From an uncultured Dehalococcoidia bacterium (GTDB taxonomy: Bacteria > Chloroflexota > Dehalococcoidia > Lucifugimonadales > UBA1127), in assembly GCA_964499855.1 (NCBI GenBank), contig CAZCPU010000002.1, forward strand, positions 1 to 51,882: a DNA stretch of 51,882 nt, in the 5' to 3' direction. Below, piece after piece: positions 20,384 to 29,337 of this stretch. The translations under genes were made by a program, and so were the position numbers. Every line of letters starts with the position of its first letter. Within the stretch, counting starts at the first letter, position 1. Under the pieces are notes generated by a model. The model saw only the letters and a program-made list of their open reading frames with translations. It searched no databases and had not been told where the DNA came from.

Positions 20384-21255
20384 GCGTCCTCCTTCCGGGG
20401 TGCCACAGCGTCCTCCGAAGATTGCCCTTCAGCCCCCCCCTCGGGCGCGTCCACTGCAGCCTCAACTTCCGCGTTATCAGGCTCCGCCTCGACGGCCTCC
20501 GCCTCGGCGCTCCCGGACTCGGAATCAGATGCCTCAGCCACCACCTCGGCACCTTCAGGCTCGGCCTCCGCCTCGGCTACTTCGGCTACAGGCTCCTCAC
20601 TCACAACTTCATGTTCTTCCTCTGAACTGTTGCCGTCCGGCTGCCCATCCGAAGCATCGTCTTGGGCGGGCGGTGTCTCCTCGGCTTCTTCTGCCTCCGC
20701 CTGAGCCTCGGCGACAGATGCTCCTCCATCGAGCTTTGCCTCGGAGGTCTCAGCCGCCTCGTCGCCCTCAGCGTTGCCGATAACCACAGCAGCCTCTTCA
20801 GTGTCGGCGTCAGGTGCGTCTCCATGGAAGTCTGCCTCGGGGAACTCGGCCGGCTCTTCATCCTCCGCGGCACCAACAGCTACTGCAGCCTCCTCAACGC
20901 TGGCATCCGTTTCAGGCGATTCCTCTGCCACGCCAACCGTCGCCGGAGCTTCCACGGCCTCGGACATTACCGCCTCAAACTCCGCGACCTCTTCAGGGCG
21001 AAGCACCTCGTGCCGTTGAATAATGGACTGAAGGCGAAACCGCTTGGTCTTTGACACCGGGCGGCACTCGACCACTCGGACCAAGTCACCGTATTGCGAC
21101 TCATCTCGCGGATCGTGGACGTAAAGCATCGTCTTGCGGCGCAGGGCCTTGCCGTACACGGCGTGGTGGCGTACTCGGGCTACAGCCACCACAATGGTGT
21201 TCTGCATCTTGGCGCTGACTACCCGCCCGACGTAGCTTCTGCGATTCATTGCCAT
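20380..21255 (-). CDS. rpsQ: 30S ribosomal protein S17 fused to a ~205-aa polyacidic low-complexity tail
   Basis: The N-terminal ~86 aa is canonical S17 ([18 protein letters not shown]...[20 protein letters not shown]). The same frame stays open through E/A/D-rich sequence to the ATGA junction with rplN. Confidence 0.9.
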   Translation of the reverse strand: MAMNRRSYVGRVVSAKMQNTIVVAVARVRHHAVYGKALRRKTMLYVHDPRDESQYGDLVRVVECRPVSKTKRFRLQSIIQRHEVLRPEEVAEFEAVMSEAVEAPATVGVAEESPETDASVEEAAVAVGAAEDEEPAEFPEADFHGDAPDADTEEAAVVIGNAEGDEAAETSEAKLDGGASVAEAQAEAEEAEETPPAQDDASDGQPDGNSSEEEHEVVSEEPVAEVAEAEAEPEGAEVVAEASDSESGSAEAEAVEAEPDNAEVEAAVDAPEGGAEGQSSEDAVAPRKEDA

Positions 21256-21453
21256 CTAGTGAATCCCCAACTCTCGCTCACGCATCACCGTTTTGATGCG
21301 GGCAATGGTCTTCTTGACACGCTTCATTTCGTTTACGCTGGGCAGTTGGTGCGTCATCCACCGAAACCGAAGGTTCATCAGTTCCCGGTAGGACTCATCC
21401 AGCTCCTCCCGGAGGTCATCCGTGCTCTTCTCGCGAACTTCGTCTACTCGCAT
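21256..21453 (-). CDS. rpmC: 50S ribosomal protein L29
   Basis: 65 aa with EVREKSTDDLREELDESYRELMNLRF, typical of L29. Confidence 0.95.
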   Translation of the reverse strand: MRVDEVREKSTDDLREELDESYRELMNLRFRWMTHQLPSVNEMKRVKKTIARIKTVMRERELGIH

Positions 21454-21468
21454 AGGTGCGCTCGATTC

Positions 21469-21900
21469 CTAGTTAACCGTGTGGAGGAAGTAGTCCTCCC
21501 GGGTAACAATCTTTGTCTGCACCGGAAGCTTGGCCGCGGCCAGTCTCAGCCCTTCTTTGGCCTGCTCCTCGGACACGCCGGACAACTCGAAGAGCATCCG
21601 GCCACGCTTCGCTACTGCCACGTAGTGGTCGACACCGCCCTTTCCCTTGCCCATCCGGGTCTCCAGAGGCTTCTTTGTCACGGGCTTGTCAGCAAAGACT
21701 CGGATCCACAGTTGACCGCCGCGACGGAGATATCGCACAACGGCGCGGCGGGCCGCCTCGATCTGCCGGGCCGTGAGCCACGCCGTGTCCAGCGTTTTGA
21801 GCCCGTAGTCGCCAAAGTGCAGGGTTGCACCAGACGTGGCCGCACCCTTGCGACGCCCCCTGTGCACCTTGCGGTACTTCAGCCGCTTAGGTTGTTGCAT
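21469..21900 (-). CDS. rplP: 50S ribosomal protein L16
   Basis: [19 protein letters not shown]... The ORF opens at 21936, but the canonical N-terminus begins at the ATG at 21900. Confidence 0.96.
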   Translation of the reverse strand: MQQPKRLKYRKVHRGRRKGAATSGATLHFGDYGLKTLDTAWLTARQIEAARRAVVRYLRRGGQLWIRVFADKPVTKKPLETRMGKGKGGVDHYVAVAKRGRMLFELSGVSEEQAKEGLRLAAAKLPVQTKIVTREDYFLHTVN

Positions 21901-22651
21901 CGGGCTCTCCTTCCGCAGCGGCCTCCGCCCGGTCAATCGCCTTCTGGTCCGCGGCCTCGTCCTCAGCCCGCATCGTCACTTCGATGGGACCCAAGTCCTC
22001 TGCAGCCTCCTGCTCACGGAGTGGAACGATGTCGCCCTTGTAGAGCCATACCTTCACACCAATGCGGCCCATCGTGGTGCTGGCTTCACTGATGGCAAAG
22101 TCCACATCGGCCCGGATGGTGTGAAGGGGCACCCGTCCCATCATCACCTTTTCACGCCTTGCTATATCCGCGCCACCTAAACGTCCGCTGACAATGATCT
22201 TGACTCCCTGCACGCCTGCTTGCATAGCCCGCGTGGCAGTCTGCTGCATGGCGCGGCGGTGCGCCACCCGGCGCTCGAGCTGCTCTGCACAACTGCGGGC
22301 GACGAGAGCCGCCACGGTTTCGGGCTGCCTTACTTCCTGTACGGAGATGCGCACGCGCCGCTCCGTAAGGGCCTCCAGGGCCTGCCTCATCTCCTCAACC
22401 CGCTGCCCTTGGCGACCAATCACGATGCCGGGCCGGGCCGTCCAGATGACCACGGAAACATCTTGTGGCCCTCGTTCTATTTCCACTCGCGGGATGCCCG
22501 CCTCCGGATAGCGGGTCAGAATGGCGTTGCGCAGCCGCAGGTCCTCCTGAAGCGTATTGCGGTAGTCCTGTTTCTTGGCGGCAAACCACCTGCTGTCCCA
22601 ATCCCTTATGATGCCAAGACGAAAGCCTATTGGATGAGTCTTATGTCCCAC
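21887..22651 (-). CDS. rpsC: 30S ribosomal protein S3 with an acidic C-terminal tail
   Basis: 254 aa with [23 protein letters not shown] and KH/S3-C domains. The last ~40 aa are E/A/D-rich. Confidence 0.96.
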   Translation of the reverse strand: MGHKTHPIGFRLGIIRDWDSRWFAAKKQDYRNTLQEDLRLRNAILTRYPEAGIPRVEIERGPQDVSVVIWTARPGIVIGRQGQRVEEMRQALEALTERRVRISVQEVRQPETVAALVARSCAEQLERRVAHRRAMQQTATRAMQAGVQGVKIIVSGRLGGADIARREKVMMGRVPLHTIRADVDFAISEASTTMGRIGVKVWLYKGDIVPLREQEAAEDLGPIEVTMRAEDEAADQKAIDRAEAAAEGEPDATT

Positions 22652-22654
22652 AGC

Positions 22655-22993
22655 CTAACTCCCCCGGTCGACGACGACGGTGATGTGGCAAGAGCGCCGC
22701 TTGATGGGACTGATGCGTCCGCGGGACTGCGGCCGGAAGCGGCGCAGCCGGGGTGCGTCGTCCGCGTAGGCGGCCACCACCTTCAGCATTTCCGGAATCA
22801 TGAACCGATTGTTTTCCGCGTTTGCCACGGCAGAGCGAATTACCTTTGACACCGCGACGGCGGTGGGGCTAGGCACGAACTGCAGCGCGGCCAAGGCCTG
22901 ATGGACGGGCTTGCCACGCACCATGCCCAACACTCGCCGCACCTTTTGCGGCGACATCCCAAAGTTCCTGTGTGTTGCCTGTACCGCCACCAA
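22655..22993 (-). CDS. rplV: 50S ribosomal protein L22
   Basis: 112 aa with SPQKVRRVLGMVRGKPVHQALAALQF, typical of L22. Confidence 0.96.
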   Translation of the reverse strand: MVAVQATHRNFGMSPQKVRRVLGMVRGKPVHQALAALQFVPSPTAVAVSKVIRSAVANAENNRFMIPEMLKVVAAYADDAPRLRRFRPQSRGRISPIKRRSCHITVVVDRGS

Positions 22994-23001
22994 TCCTCTC
23001 C

Positions 23002-23289
23002 CTAACCCCGAGGCCTGGTGGTCCGCTCACTGCGGCCCGCGTGGCCCCTAAAGGTCCTAGTGGGCGCGAACTCGCCAAGACGATGCCCCACCATATTCTC
23101 TGTCATGTATACCGGCACATGCCGGCGTCCATCATGCACGGCGATGGTGAGTCCCACCATGTCAGGCATGATCATGGACGCCCGCGACCACGTGCGGATG
23201 ACTACCTTTTCCTGGGTTCGCTGGGCCGCATCCACCTTCCGCTGCAGCTTGGGATGGACGTAGGGCCCCTTTTTAACGGACCTGCCCAT
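23002..23289 (-). CDS. rpsS: 30S ribosomal protein S19
   Basis: 95 aa with [14 protein letters not shown]...[33 protein letters not shown]. Confidence 0.97.
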   Translation of the reverse strand: MGRSVKKGPYVHPKLQRKVDAAQRTQEKVVIRTWSRASMIMPDMVGLTIAVHDGRRHVPVYMTENMVGHRLGEFAPTRTFRGHAGRSERTTRPRG

Positions 23290-24121
23290 AACCTATCCTT
23301 CTCCGACGCACGATAAACCGGTTGGTTTCCTTGTTGCGACGAGTCTTCACACCGAGGGCCGGCTTGCCCCACTTGGTCTTCGCGTAACGCAAGCCGATTG
23401 GGTTGCGGCCCTCGCCGCCGCCGTGCGGGTGGTCGCGTGGATTCATCACCTTGCCCCGAACCTCCGGGCGCTTGCCCAGCCAGCGGTTGCGACCGGCCTT
23501 CCCAATTGACGTTGCGGCGTGCTCTGAATTACCGACTTGTCCGATAGTCGCGTAGTTCTCGCTCAGGACGCGGCGGATTTCGCCTGACGGGAGTCTGAGC
23601 TGCGTGTAGCGTTCTTCACGGGCCATCACCTGGGCGCTGCCTCCGGCGCTTCGCACCATCTGCGCGCCCCGCCCGGGCTGCAGTTCAATATTGTGAACGA
23701 CCGTACCGAGAGGCATAGACCGAAGAGACATGGCGTTGCCGGCACGGATTTCGGCATTGGATCCCGACATGATGGGGTCGCCCACCTTCACGCCCACCGG
23801 CCACAGAATGTAACGCTTGTCGCCGTCTCGGTAGTGGATGAGAGCAATGCGCGCCGAGCGGTTGGGGTCGTACTCAATACTGTGCACGACGCCGGGCACC
23901 CCAGCCTTGTCGCGCCGCTTGAAGTCGATAACGCGGTACATTCGCTTGTGACCGCCGCCTCGATGACGAACCGTGAGCCGACCCTGCCGATTTCGACCGC
24001 CGTGCTTACGCAGCGGACGCAGCAGCGAGCGCTCCGGCTTGCTCTTCGTGATCTCGGTAAAATCGGGCCTCACCAGCTGGCGCATGCCCGGCGTTATCGG
24101 CTTGAACTGCTTGAGACCCAT
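23273..24121 (-). CDS. rplB: 50S ribosomal protein L2
   Basis: 282 aa with [19 protein letters not shown] and [13 protein letters not shown] signatures. Confidence 0.98.
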   Translation of the reverse strand: MGLKQFKPITPGMRQLVRPDFTEITKSKPERSLLRPLRKHGGRNRQGRLTVRHRGGGHKRMYRVIDFKRRDKAGVPGVVHSIEYDPNRSARIALIHYRDGDKRYILWPVGVKVGDPIMSGSNAEIRAGNAMSLRSMPLGTVVHNIELQPGRGAQMVRSAGGSAQVMAREERYTQLRLPSGEIRRVLSENYATIGQVGNSEHAATSIGKAGRNRWLGKRPEVRGKVMNPRDHPHGGGEGRNPIGLRYAKTKWGKPALGVKTRRNKETNRFIVRRRRIGYGQVR

Positions 24122-24123
24122 GC

Positions 24124-24417
24124 TTACACGCCCTCAAACACCGTGATGCGGTCACCCTGCCGCAGCGTCACGATGGCCTTTTTCTTGTCTGGGCCTTTGC
24201 TCATGCGGGGGCCGAACCGCTTCATCTTGCCTGGCAACCTCACCACAGTGACCTTTTCTACCTTCACACCAAAGAGCGTCTCCACCGCCTGTTTGACGAT
24301 AGTCTTGTTGGCGTGAAGTGCGACTCGAAAGGTGTACTTGTTCTCGTCCTGCAGGCGGGTGCTTTTCTCGGTCACAACGGGGCCGATGAGCACGCCCGTC
24401 AACTGTGCCATGGTCAT
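24124..24417 (-). CDS. rplW: 50S ribosomal protein L23
   Basis: 97 aa with [13 protein letters not shown]...[26 protein letters not shown]. Confidence 0.95.
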   Translation of the reverse strand: MTMAQLTGVLIGPVVTEKSTRLQDENKYTFRVALHANKTIVKQAVETLFGVKVEKVTVVRLPGKMKRFGPRMSKGPDKKKAIVTLRQGDRITVFEGV

Positions 24418-25109
24418 GACGACTGCTCCTCACCGGCCTCATCCTGCTCGACAATGGACACTAGCGCGGCGCGCCGGGGCGTCTCTTGCGCCCACAGCTC
24501 CTCGATGCGGCGCACGGCCGCAACACTGAGCACTAGGTGTGTGTAGTTCAGCAGGTCTACAGTGTTCAAGGTCGATGCCGGAACGGACTTTACGCGTTTC
24601 AAGTTATGGCAGGCCTGCCACAGCTCCTTCTGCGAGATTGCCTCATTGACCACCAAGCACTTGGAGGAAATCTCGAGGCCTTGCAGCGCCTGCAACACCT
24701 CGCGGGTCTTGGGCTCGGGCAAACGGAAGTCCTCTACCACGGTAACTTCGCCGTCCCGCACCTTCTGCGACAACAACGACCGGATGGCAAGCCGCCGCAT
24801 CTTCTTCGGCGTCCGCTGCGAGTAGTCACGCGGCTTGGGCCCGAACGTGACTCCGCCGTGTCGCCATTGCGGAGACCGAGTGCTCCCGTGCCTAGCGCGT
24901 CCAGTTCCCTTCTGGCGCCAGGGCTTGCGGCCGCCACCGCTGACCTCGGCGCGAGTCTTGGTGCTGTGGGTGCCCGCGCGCTTGTTGGCAAGCTGCCCCA
25001 CCATCACCTGGTGAACAACCGCCGTATTGAGAGGCGTGTCGAAGACCGCATCACTCACCTCGATGCTGCCTACCGTCGCGCCCTGCATGTTCTTCAGTGG
25101 TAGTTCCAT
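24414..25109 (-). CDS. rplD: 50S ribosomal protein L4
   Basis: 231 aa with [29 protein letters not shown], typical of L4, plus a short acidic C-terminal tail. Confidence 0.96.
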   Translation of the reverse strand: MELPLKNMQGATVGSIEVSDAVFDTPLNTAVVHQVMVGQLANKRAGTHSTKTRAEVSGGGRKPWRQKGTGRARHGSTRSPQWRHGGVTFGPKPRDYSQRTPKKMRRLAIRSLLSQKVRDGEVTVVEDFRLPEPKTREVLQALQGLEISSKCLVVNEAISQKELWQACHNLKRVKSVPASTLNTVDLLNYTHLVLSVAAVRRIEELWAQETPRRAALVSIVEQDEAGEEQSS

Positions 25110-25114
25110 GCCTG

Positions 25115-25744
25115 CTATCCAGCCTTGTTCGTGCGGCGCAGTATCACCAGGCCATGCGACGGGCCGGGGATTGCCCCCTTCACAAACACAAGATTGCGCT
25201 CAGCGTCCACCTTAACGATCTCCAGGTTGCGCACAGTGACCCGCTCGGCGCCGTAGTGGCCGGCCATCTTGGTGCCCTTCCAGATTCGGCCTGGGTACGT
25301 ACCAGAGCCGATGGAACCAGGCGCACGGTGCCGATCCGACTGACCATGCGTCTTGGGTCCGCCTCCGAAGTTGTGCCGCTTCACGCCGCCAGTGAACCCG
25401 CGACCCTTTGATGTCGCGACAGCGTCTATGTGCTCGCCCTCTGTGAAAATCTCCGCGCCAACGGGATCCCCAACATCAATGCCCGTCAAATCGCTGGCCG
25501 GCACTTCACGCAGGTGACGGTAGAGTCGACCTGCCCTGCGCAGGTGGCCGCGCTCGGGGCTCCGCAGGTTCCGGACCTCGTGGAACCCCAACTGCACAGC
25601 GGTGTACTCGTCCTTCTCTGGGACACGGATCTGCGTGATAGTACAGGGGCCAGCCTGTACGGCCGTCACACCCACCAACCTTCCGTCTTCGCGGAAGATC
25701 TGGGTCATGCCGATCTTCTTGCCCAAGATTCCGTCAACCGCCAT
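25115..25744 (-). CDS. rplC: 50S ribosomal protein L3
   Basis: 209 aa with ILGKKIGMTQIF... and FTGGVKRHNFGGGPKTHGQSDRHRAPGSIG. Confidence 0.97.
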   Translation of the reverse strand: MAVDGILGKKIGMTQIFREDGRLVGVTAVQAGPCTITQIRVPEKDEYTAVQLGFHEVRNLRSPERGHLRRAGRLYRHLREVPASDLTGIDVGDPVGAEIFTEGEHIDAVATSKGRGFTGGVKRHNFGGGPKTHGQSDRHRAPGSIGSGTYPGRIWKGTKMAGHYGAERVTVRNLEIVKVDAERNLVFVKGAIPGPSHGLVILRRTNKAG

Positions 25745-25767
25745 GTTTTCCTTTGCCCCTCAGCAGA

Positions 25768-25794
25768 AAACGGAGCCAACCAATGGCTCCGTTT
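25768..25794 (-). promoter_or_regulatory. Terminator-like hairpin inside the S10 operon, between rpsJ and rplC
   Basis: Perfect 10-bp stem AAACGGAGCC / GGCUCCGUUU with a 7-nt loop. On the minus-strand RNA it is followed by UCUGCUG, giving UUUUCU. The rplC SD GAGGGG comes next. Confidence 0.45.
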
Positions 25795-25812
25795 CCCGAG
25801 TCTCATCTAGGG

Positions 25813-26121
25813 TTATGTCTTAATCGTAATGTCGACACCGGCTGCGACATTCAACCTAGAAAGCGCTTCCAAGGTACGACCAGTGGACTCCAAGATGTCC
25901 ACCAGCCGCTTGTGAGTCCGAAGCTCAAAATGTTCCCGCGAGTCTTTATCGATATGGGGTGATCGAATGACGCAGAAGCGCTGCTTGTGCGTCGGTAGGG
26001 GCACAGGCCCGGCAACCACCGCTCCAGTACGCTCTGCAGTCTCCACAATCTGCTGAGCAGACAGGTCAAGCGCACGATGGTCAAACGCCTTCAGGATTAT
26101 CCGAATTTTCTGGCCGGGCAT
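25813..26121 (-). CDS. rpsJ: 30S ribosomal protein S10
   Basis: 102 aa with [38 protein letters not shown], typical of S10. Confidence 0.97.
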   Translation of the reverse strand: MPGQKIRIILKAFDHRALDLSAQQIVETAERTGAVVAGPVPLPTHKQRFCVIRSPHIDKDSREHFELRTHKRLVDILESTGRTLEALSRLNVAAGVDITIKT

Positions 26122-26145
26122 GGCACAATCCTACCTTACACCACG

Positions 26146-28194
26146 TTAAACACGCACAAGCATCTGCTCTGCCACGGAGTCCGGCACCTCTTCGTAATGG
26201 TGGAACTCCATGGAATGACTCGCTCTCCCCTGAGTGAGCGATCGGACAGTGGTGGCGTACCCGAACATTTCGGCGAGGGGAACCAGCGCACGAATTGTCT
26301 GGACGTCCCCTACACCTTCGATGTTCTGTACCCGCGCCCGTTTCCCAGACAGGTCACCAAGTACCTCGCCCAAGAACTCACCCGGGGTGACAACTTCCGT
26401 CTGAATATATGGCTCCATGAGGGCGGGCTTTGCCTTGCGTAAGCCCTCCTTCACGGCCATAGAACCAGCGATCTTAAAGGCGATCTCGGAGGAATCGACG
26501 GGGTGATAGCTACCGTCAACCAAGGAGACCTTGATATCCACAACAGGATAGCCCGCTATCGCGCCGCTGTCCAGTGCTTCTTGCACGCCCGCACGTACGG
26601 GGTTTATGTACTCTCTCGGCACCACGCCACCGACGATCTTGTCCTCAAATACAAAACCGCCACCGCGGTCCAGCGGCTCCAGCTCCAGCCAAACGTGGCC
26701 GAACTGACCGTGGCCACCAGTCTGACGCACGAATCGACCTTCGACACGAACCGGCTGCCGAATGGCCTCGCGGTAAGACACGCGCGGGCGGCCAACCTGG
26801 GCCTGCACTTTGAATTCGCGACGCAGCCGATCGACAAGCACATCAAGGTGCAACTCACCCATGCCAGAAATGATGGTCTGCCCACTCTCCTTATCGTAGC
26901 GAACCACAAAAGTAGGGTCCTCTTCAGCCAGCTTTCGAAGGGACTCCTCCAATCGTTCCTGGTCGGCCTGAGTCCTCGGTTCCACGGAGACGGAGATGAC
27001 CGGGTCCGGGAAGCTCGGAGGTTCCAGCACCACCGGCGCACTGCCGTCACAGACAGTCTCACCGGTAAACGTATTCTTCAGCCCCACAACCGCGCCGATT
27101 TGGCCGGCGTTCAGAGCAGGCACATCTTCTCGGTGATTTGCGTGCATCAAGACGAGACGCGCAATGCGCTCATCCGTCTCCTTGGACGCGTTGTAGACGT
27201 AGGAGCCAGCCTTGAGTTGGCCTGAATAGACCCGAACGAACACCAGCCGGCCGATGTACGGGTCCGCCGCGACCTTGAAGGCCAGCGCCGCCAGCGACTC
27301 CGACGAGTCCGCCGCCCGGACGATTGGCTCCTGAGTCCGTGGATCCATGCCCTCTACCGAAGGAATGTCCAGCGGGGAGGGCAGATAATCGATTACCGCG
27401 TCGAGTAGAGGGTGAATGCCTCGGTTACGCAGCGCTGTGCCGCAGAGGACTGGAACGAGGGTGTTGCTCAGTGTGGCCCTGCGGAGCGCCGCGACTAACT
27501 CCTCCTCCGAGAATTCATCGCCCTCAAGGTACTTCTCGAGGAGCGAGTCATCGGTCTCAGCGACACGCTCCAGCAACAGGTCGCGATATTTGGCCGCTTC
27601 CTCTTGCAGTTCGGCGGGAATGGAATCCACTGTAGGGGCGCCGACCTCGTCGCCATAGAACAACGCCTTCTGCCTCACCAGGTCAACCATGCCTCGGAAG
27701 GTGTTCTCTCCACCAATGGGCAACTGCACGGGCACAGGCCGTGCGGAGAGGCGGTCACGAATCATATCGACTGTTCGGGCAAAGTCGGCACCCGGACGGT
27801 CCATCTTGTTTACGAAGCAAATGCGGGGCACCTGGTATTTGTTGGCTTGGCGCCACACCGTCTCCGATTGGGGCTGCACGCCGGCTACTGCGTCAAAGAT
27901 GACAACGCCGCCGTCGAGCACTCGCAAACTTCTCTCCACTTCGGCGGTGAAGTCCACGTGCCCGGGCGTGTCAATTATGTTGACGTCGTGGCCATTCCAC
28001 TCGCAGGCGGTGGCTGCCGCCGTAATAGTGATGCCCCTCTCACGCTCTTGCGGCATCCAGTCCATGACGGTATTGCCGTCATCGACGTTACCTAGTCGGT
28101 GGGTACGACCGGCAAAGAAGAGCACACGCTCTGTGACCGTCGTCTTACCAGCGTCGATATGCGCAATGAACCCTATGTTGCGAATACGATCCAA
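26146..28194 (-). CDS. fusA: Elongation factor G
   Basis: 682 aa with G-domain motifs [17 protein letters not shown] and NKMD, followed by domains II-V. TTG start with GGGAAAGGG upstream. Confidence 0.97.
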   Translation of the reverse strand: MDRIRNIGFIAHIDAGKTTVTERVLFFAGRTHRLGNVDDGNTVMDWMPQERERGITITAAATACEWNGHDVNIIDTPGHVDFTAEVERSLRVLDGGVVIFDAVAGVQPQSETVWRQANKYQVPRICFVNKMDRPGADFARTVDMIRDRLSARPVPVQLPIGGENTFRGMVDLVRQKALFYGDEVGAPTVDSIPAELQEEAAKYRDLLLERVAETDDSLLEKYLEGDEFSEEELVAALRRATLSNTLVPVLCGTALRNRGIHPLLDAVIDYLPSPLDIPSVEGMDPRTQEPIVRAADSSESLAALAFKVAADPYIGRLVFVRVYSGQLKAGSYVYNASKETDERIARLVLMHANHREDVPALNAGQIGAVVGLKNTFTGETVCDGSAPVVLEPPSFPDPVISVSVEPRTQADQERLEESLRKLAEEDPTFVVRYDKESGQTIISGMGELHLDVLVDRLRREFKVQAQVGRPRVSYREAIRQPVRVEGRFVRQTGGHGQFGHVWLELEPLDRGGGFVFEDKIVGGVVPREYINPVRAGVQEALDSGAIAGYPVVDIKVSLVDGSYHPVDSSEIAFKIAGSMAVKEGLRKAKPALMEPYIQTEVVTPGEFLGEVLGDLSGKRARVQNIEGVGDVQTIRALVPLAEMFGYATTVRSLTQGRASHSMEFHHYEEVPDSVAEQMLVRV

Positions 28195-28252
28195 GGGGCC
28201 CTTTCCCGGCGCGTGGCCGCGCCGTACTCAATAGTGCAAGGTTAAGCGATCA

Positions 28253-28720
28253 TCACCACCGGTAGTGAACGAAAGCGCGGTTGGCCTCCGCCATTCGGTG
28301 CAGGTCTTCACGCCGCTTTACCGCGGCGCCGTCGCCGCGGGATGCGTCAAGGAATTCCTGGGCCAACTTCTGATGCATTGGGCGACCTTTACGGCCACGA
28401 GCACTGTTGATTATCCACCGCATCGCCAGGGCACTCCCACGCCGAGTTGGCACCTCGATGGGGATCTGATACGTGGCGCCACCTACACGGCGGGCCTTGA
28501 CCTGCAATAGTGGTGTCGCGTTGCGCAACGCCTCCTGGAAGATCTCTAGTGGTGGACGGTGCGCCTGCTGTTCCACGATCTCCATGGCAGAGTAGACGAT
28601 ACGCTGTGCAACCGTCTTCTTGCCCTTGAGCATGATGCGGTTGATGAACCGCGCCAATTCCACGTTGTCGTATTGCGGGTCCGGCGGGACCGTTCGTTGT
28701 TCTGCCTTACGCCTTCGCAT
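28253..28720 (-). CDS. rpsG: 30S ribosomal protein S7
   Basis: MRRRKAEQRTVPPDPQY... ends in HYRW. The ORF opens at 28786 inside rpsL. The ATG at 28720 gives the canonical ~155-aa length; the start is not certain. Confidence 0.94.
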   Translation of the reverse strand: MRRRKAEQRTVPPDPQYDNVELARFINRIMLKGKKTVAQRIVYSAMEIVEQQAHRPPLEIFQEALRNATPLLQVKARRVGGATYQIPIEVPTRRGSALAMRWIINSARGRKGRPMHQKLAQEFLDASRGDGAAVKRREDLHRMAEANRAFVHYRW

Positions 28721-28757
28721 GAGTCGTTTCCGTCTCTCTCGACCGTTCTTTTTTGGG

Positions 28758-29180
28758 TTACGACGCCCGCGGCGCCCGGGCGCCATACTTACTGCGCCCT
28801 TGACGCCTTCCGTTCACACCACCAGTGTCAAGCACGCCGCGCACGATGTGGTACCGCACACCGGGCAAGTCCCGTACACGCCCCCCGCGCACCAACACCA
28901 CCGAGTGTTCCTGGAGGTTGTGCCCTTCGCCCGGAATGTACGCCGTTACCTCAAACCCATTGGTCAAGCGAACCCTCGCGACCTTGCGCAAAGCAGAATT
29001 CGGCTTCTTTGGCGTCACCGTGCGAACCTGGACGCAAACACCTCTCCTTTGGGGCGAACCTACGTTGTTCCACACGACGCGGTTCTTCAGCGCATTCTGT
29101 CTCCAATGCATGGCAGGGGCCCGGCTCTTGGTCCTGACCTTGGCCCTTCCATTCTTGATCAACTGATTGATGGTGGGCAA
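28758..29180 (-). CDS. rpsL: 30S ribosomal protein S12
   Basis: (M)[14 protein letters not shown]...[16 protein letters not shown]. The TTG at 29180 has GGAG 7 nt upstream and gives the canonical N-terminus. The ORF track start at 29201 is also TTG but has no SD. Confidence 0.96.
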   Translation of the reverse strand: MPTINQLIKNGRAKVRTKSRAPAMHWRQNALKNRVVWNNVGSPQRRGVCVQVRTVTPKKPNSALRKVARVRLTNGFEVTAYIPGEGHNLQEHSVVLVRGGRVRDLPGVRYHIVRGVLDTGGVNGRRQGRSKYGARAPRAS

Positions 29181-29232
29181 CGCGTTGCTCCAATCACACA
29201 AACTGTCCGCCGCTATTTGAGCGCAAGCTCGT

Positions 29233-29261
29233 ATTGTAGGGATTCCCTAGGGCACTGTCAA
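29233..29261 (-). promoter_or_regulatory. Consensus sigma70 promoter of the rpsL-led ribosomal cluster
   Basis: Minus strand reads TTGACA (29261-29256), an exact 17-nt spacer, then TACAAT (29238-29233). The leader to the rpsL start is ~45 nt. The spacer contains the palindrome TAGGGA-a-TCCCTA. Confidence 0.8.
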
Positions 29262-29337
29262 CCAAGGTCGCGGGGGGGGCCGAATTGCAGACACTGCGAG
29301 AGGCCCTCACAGCTCTCTGTCATTCAGGGTAAGCCCT

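Noticed and set aside
20380-20991. The idea that the acidic region after S17 is a separate gene or an intergenic repeat.
   Set aside because: There is no stop codon between the S17 core and the tail, and no internal SD with a start codon. The tail ends in an ATGA coupling junction with rplN, so it is reported as a fusion.
19829-22092. Long ORFs on the plus strand (19829-20704, 291 aa; 20037-20783; 21094-22092, 332 aa) and an alternate minus frame (19884-20552) overlap the ribosomal genes.
   Set aside because: They overlap rplX, rplN, rpsQ, rpmC, rplP and rpsC. The composition is skewed and there is no motif. These are high-GC frame artefacts.
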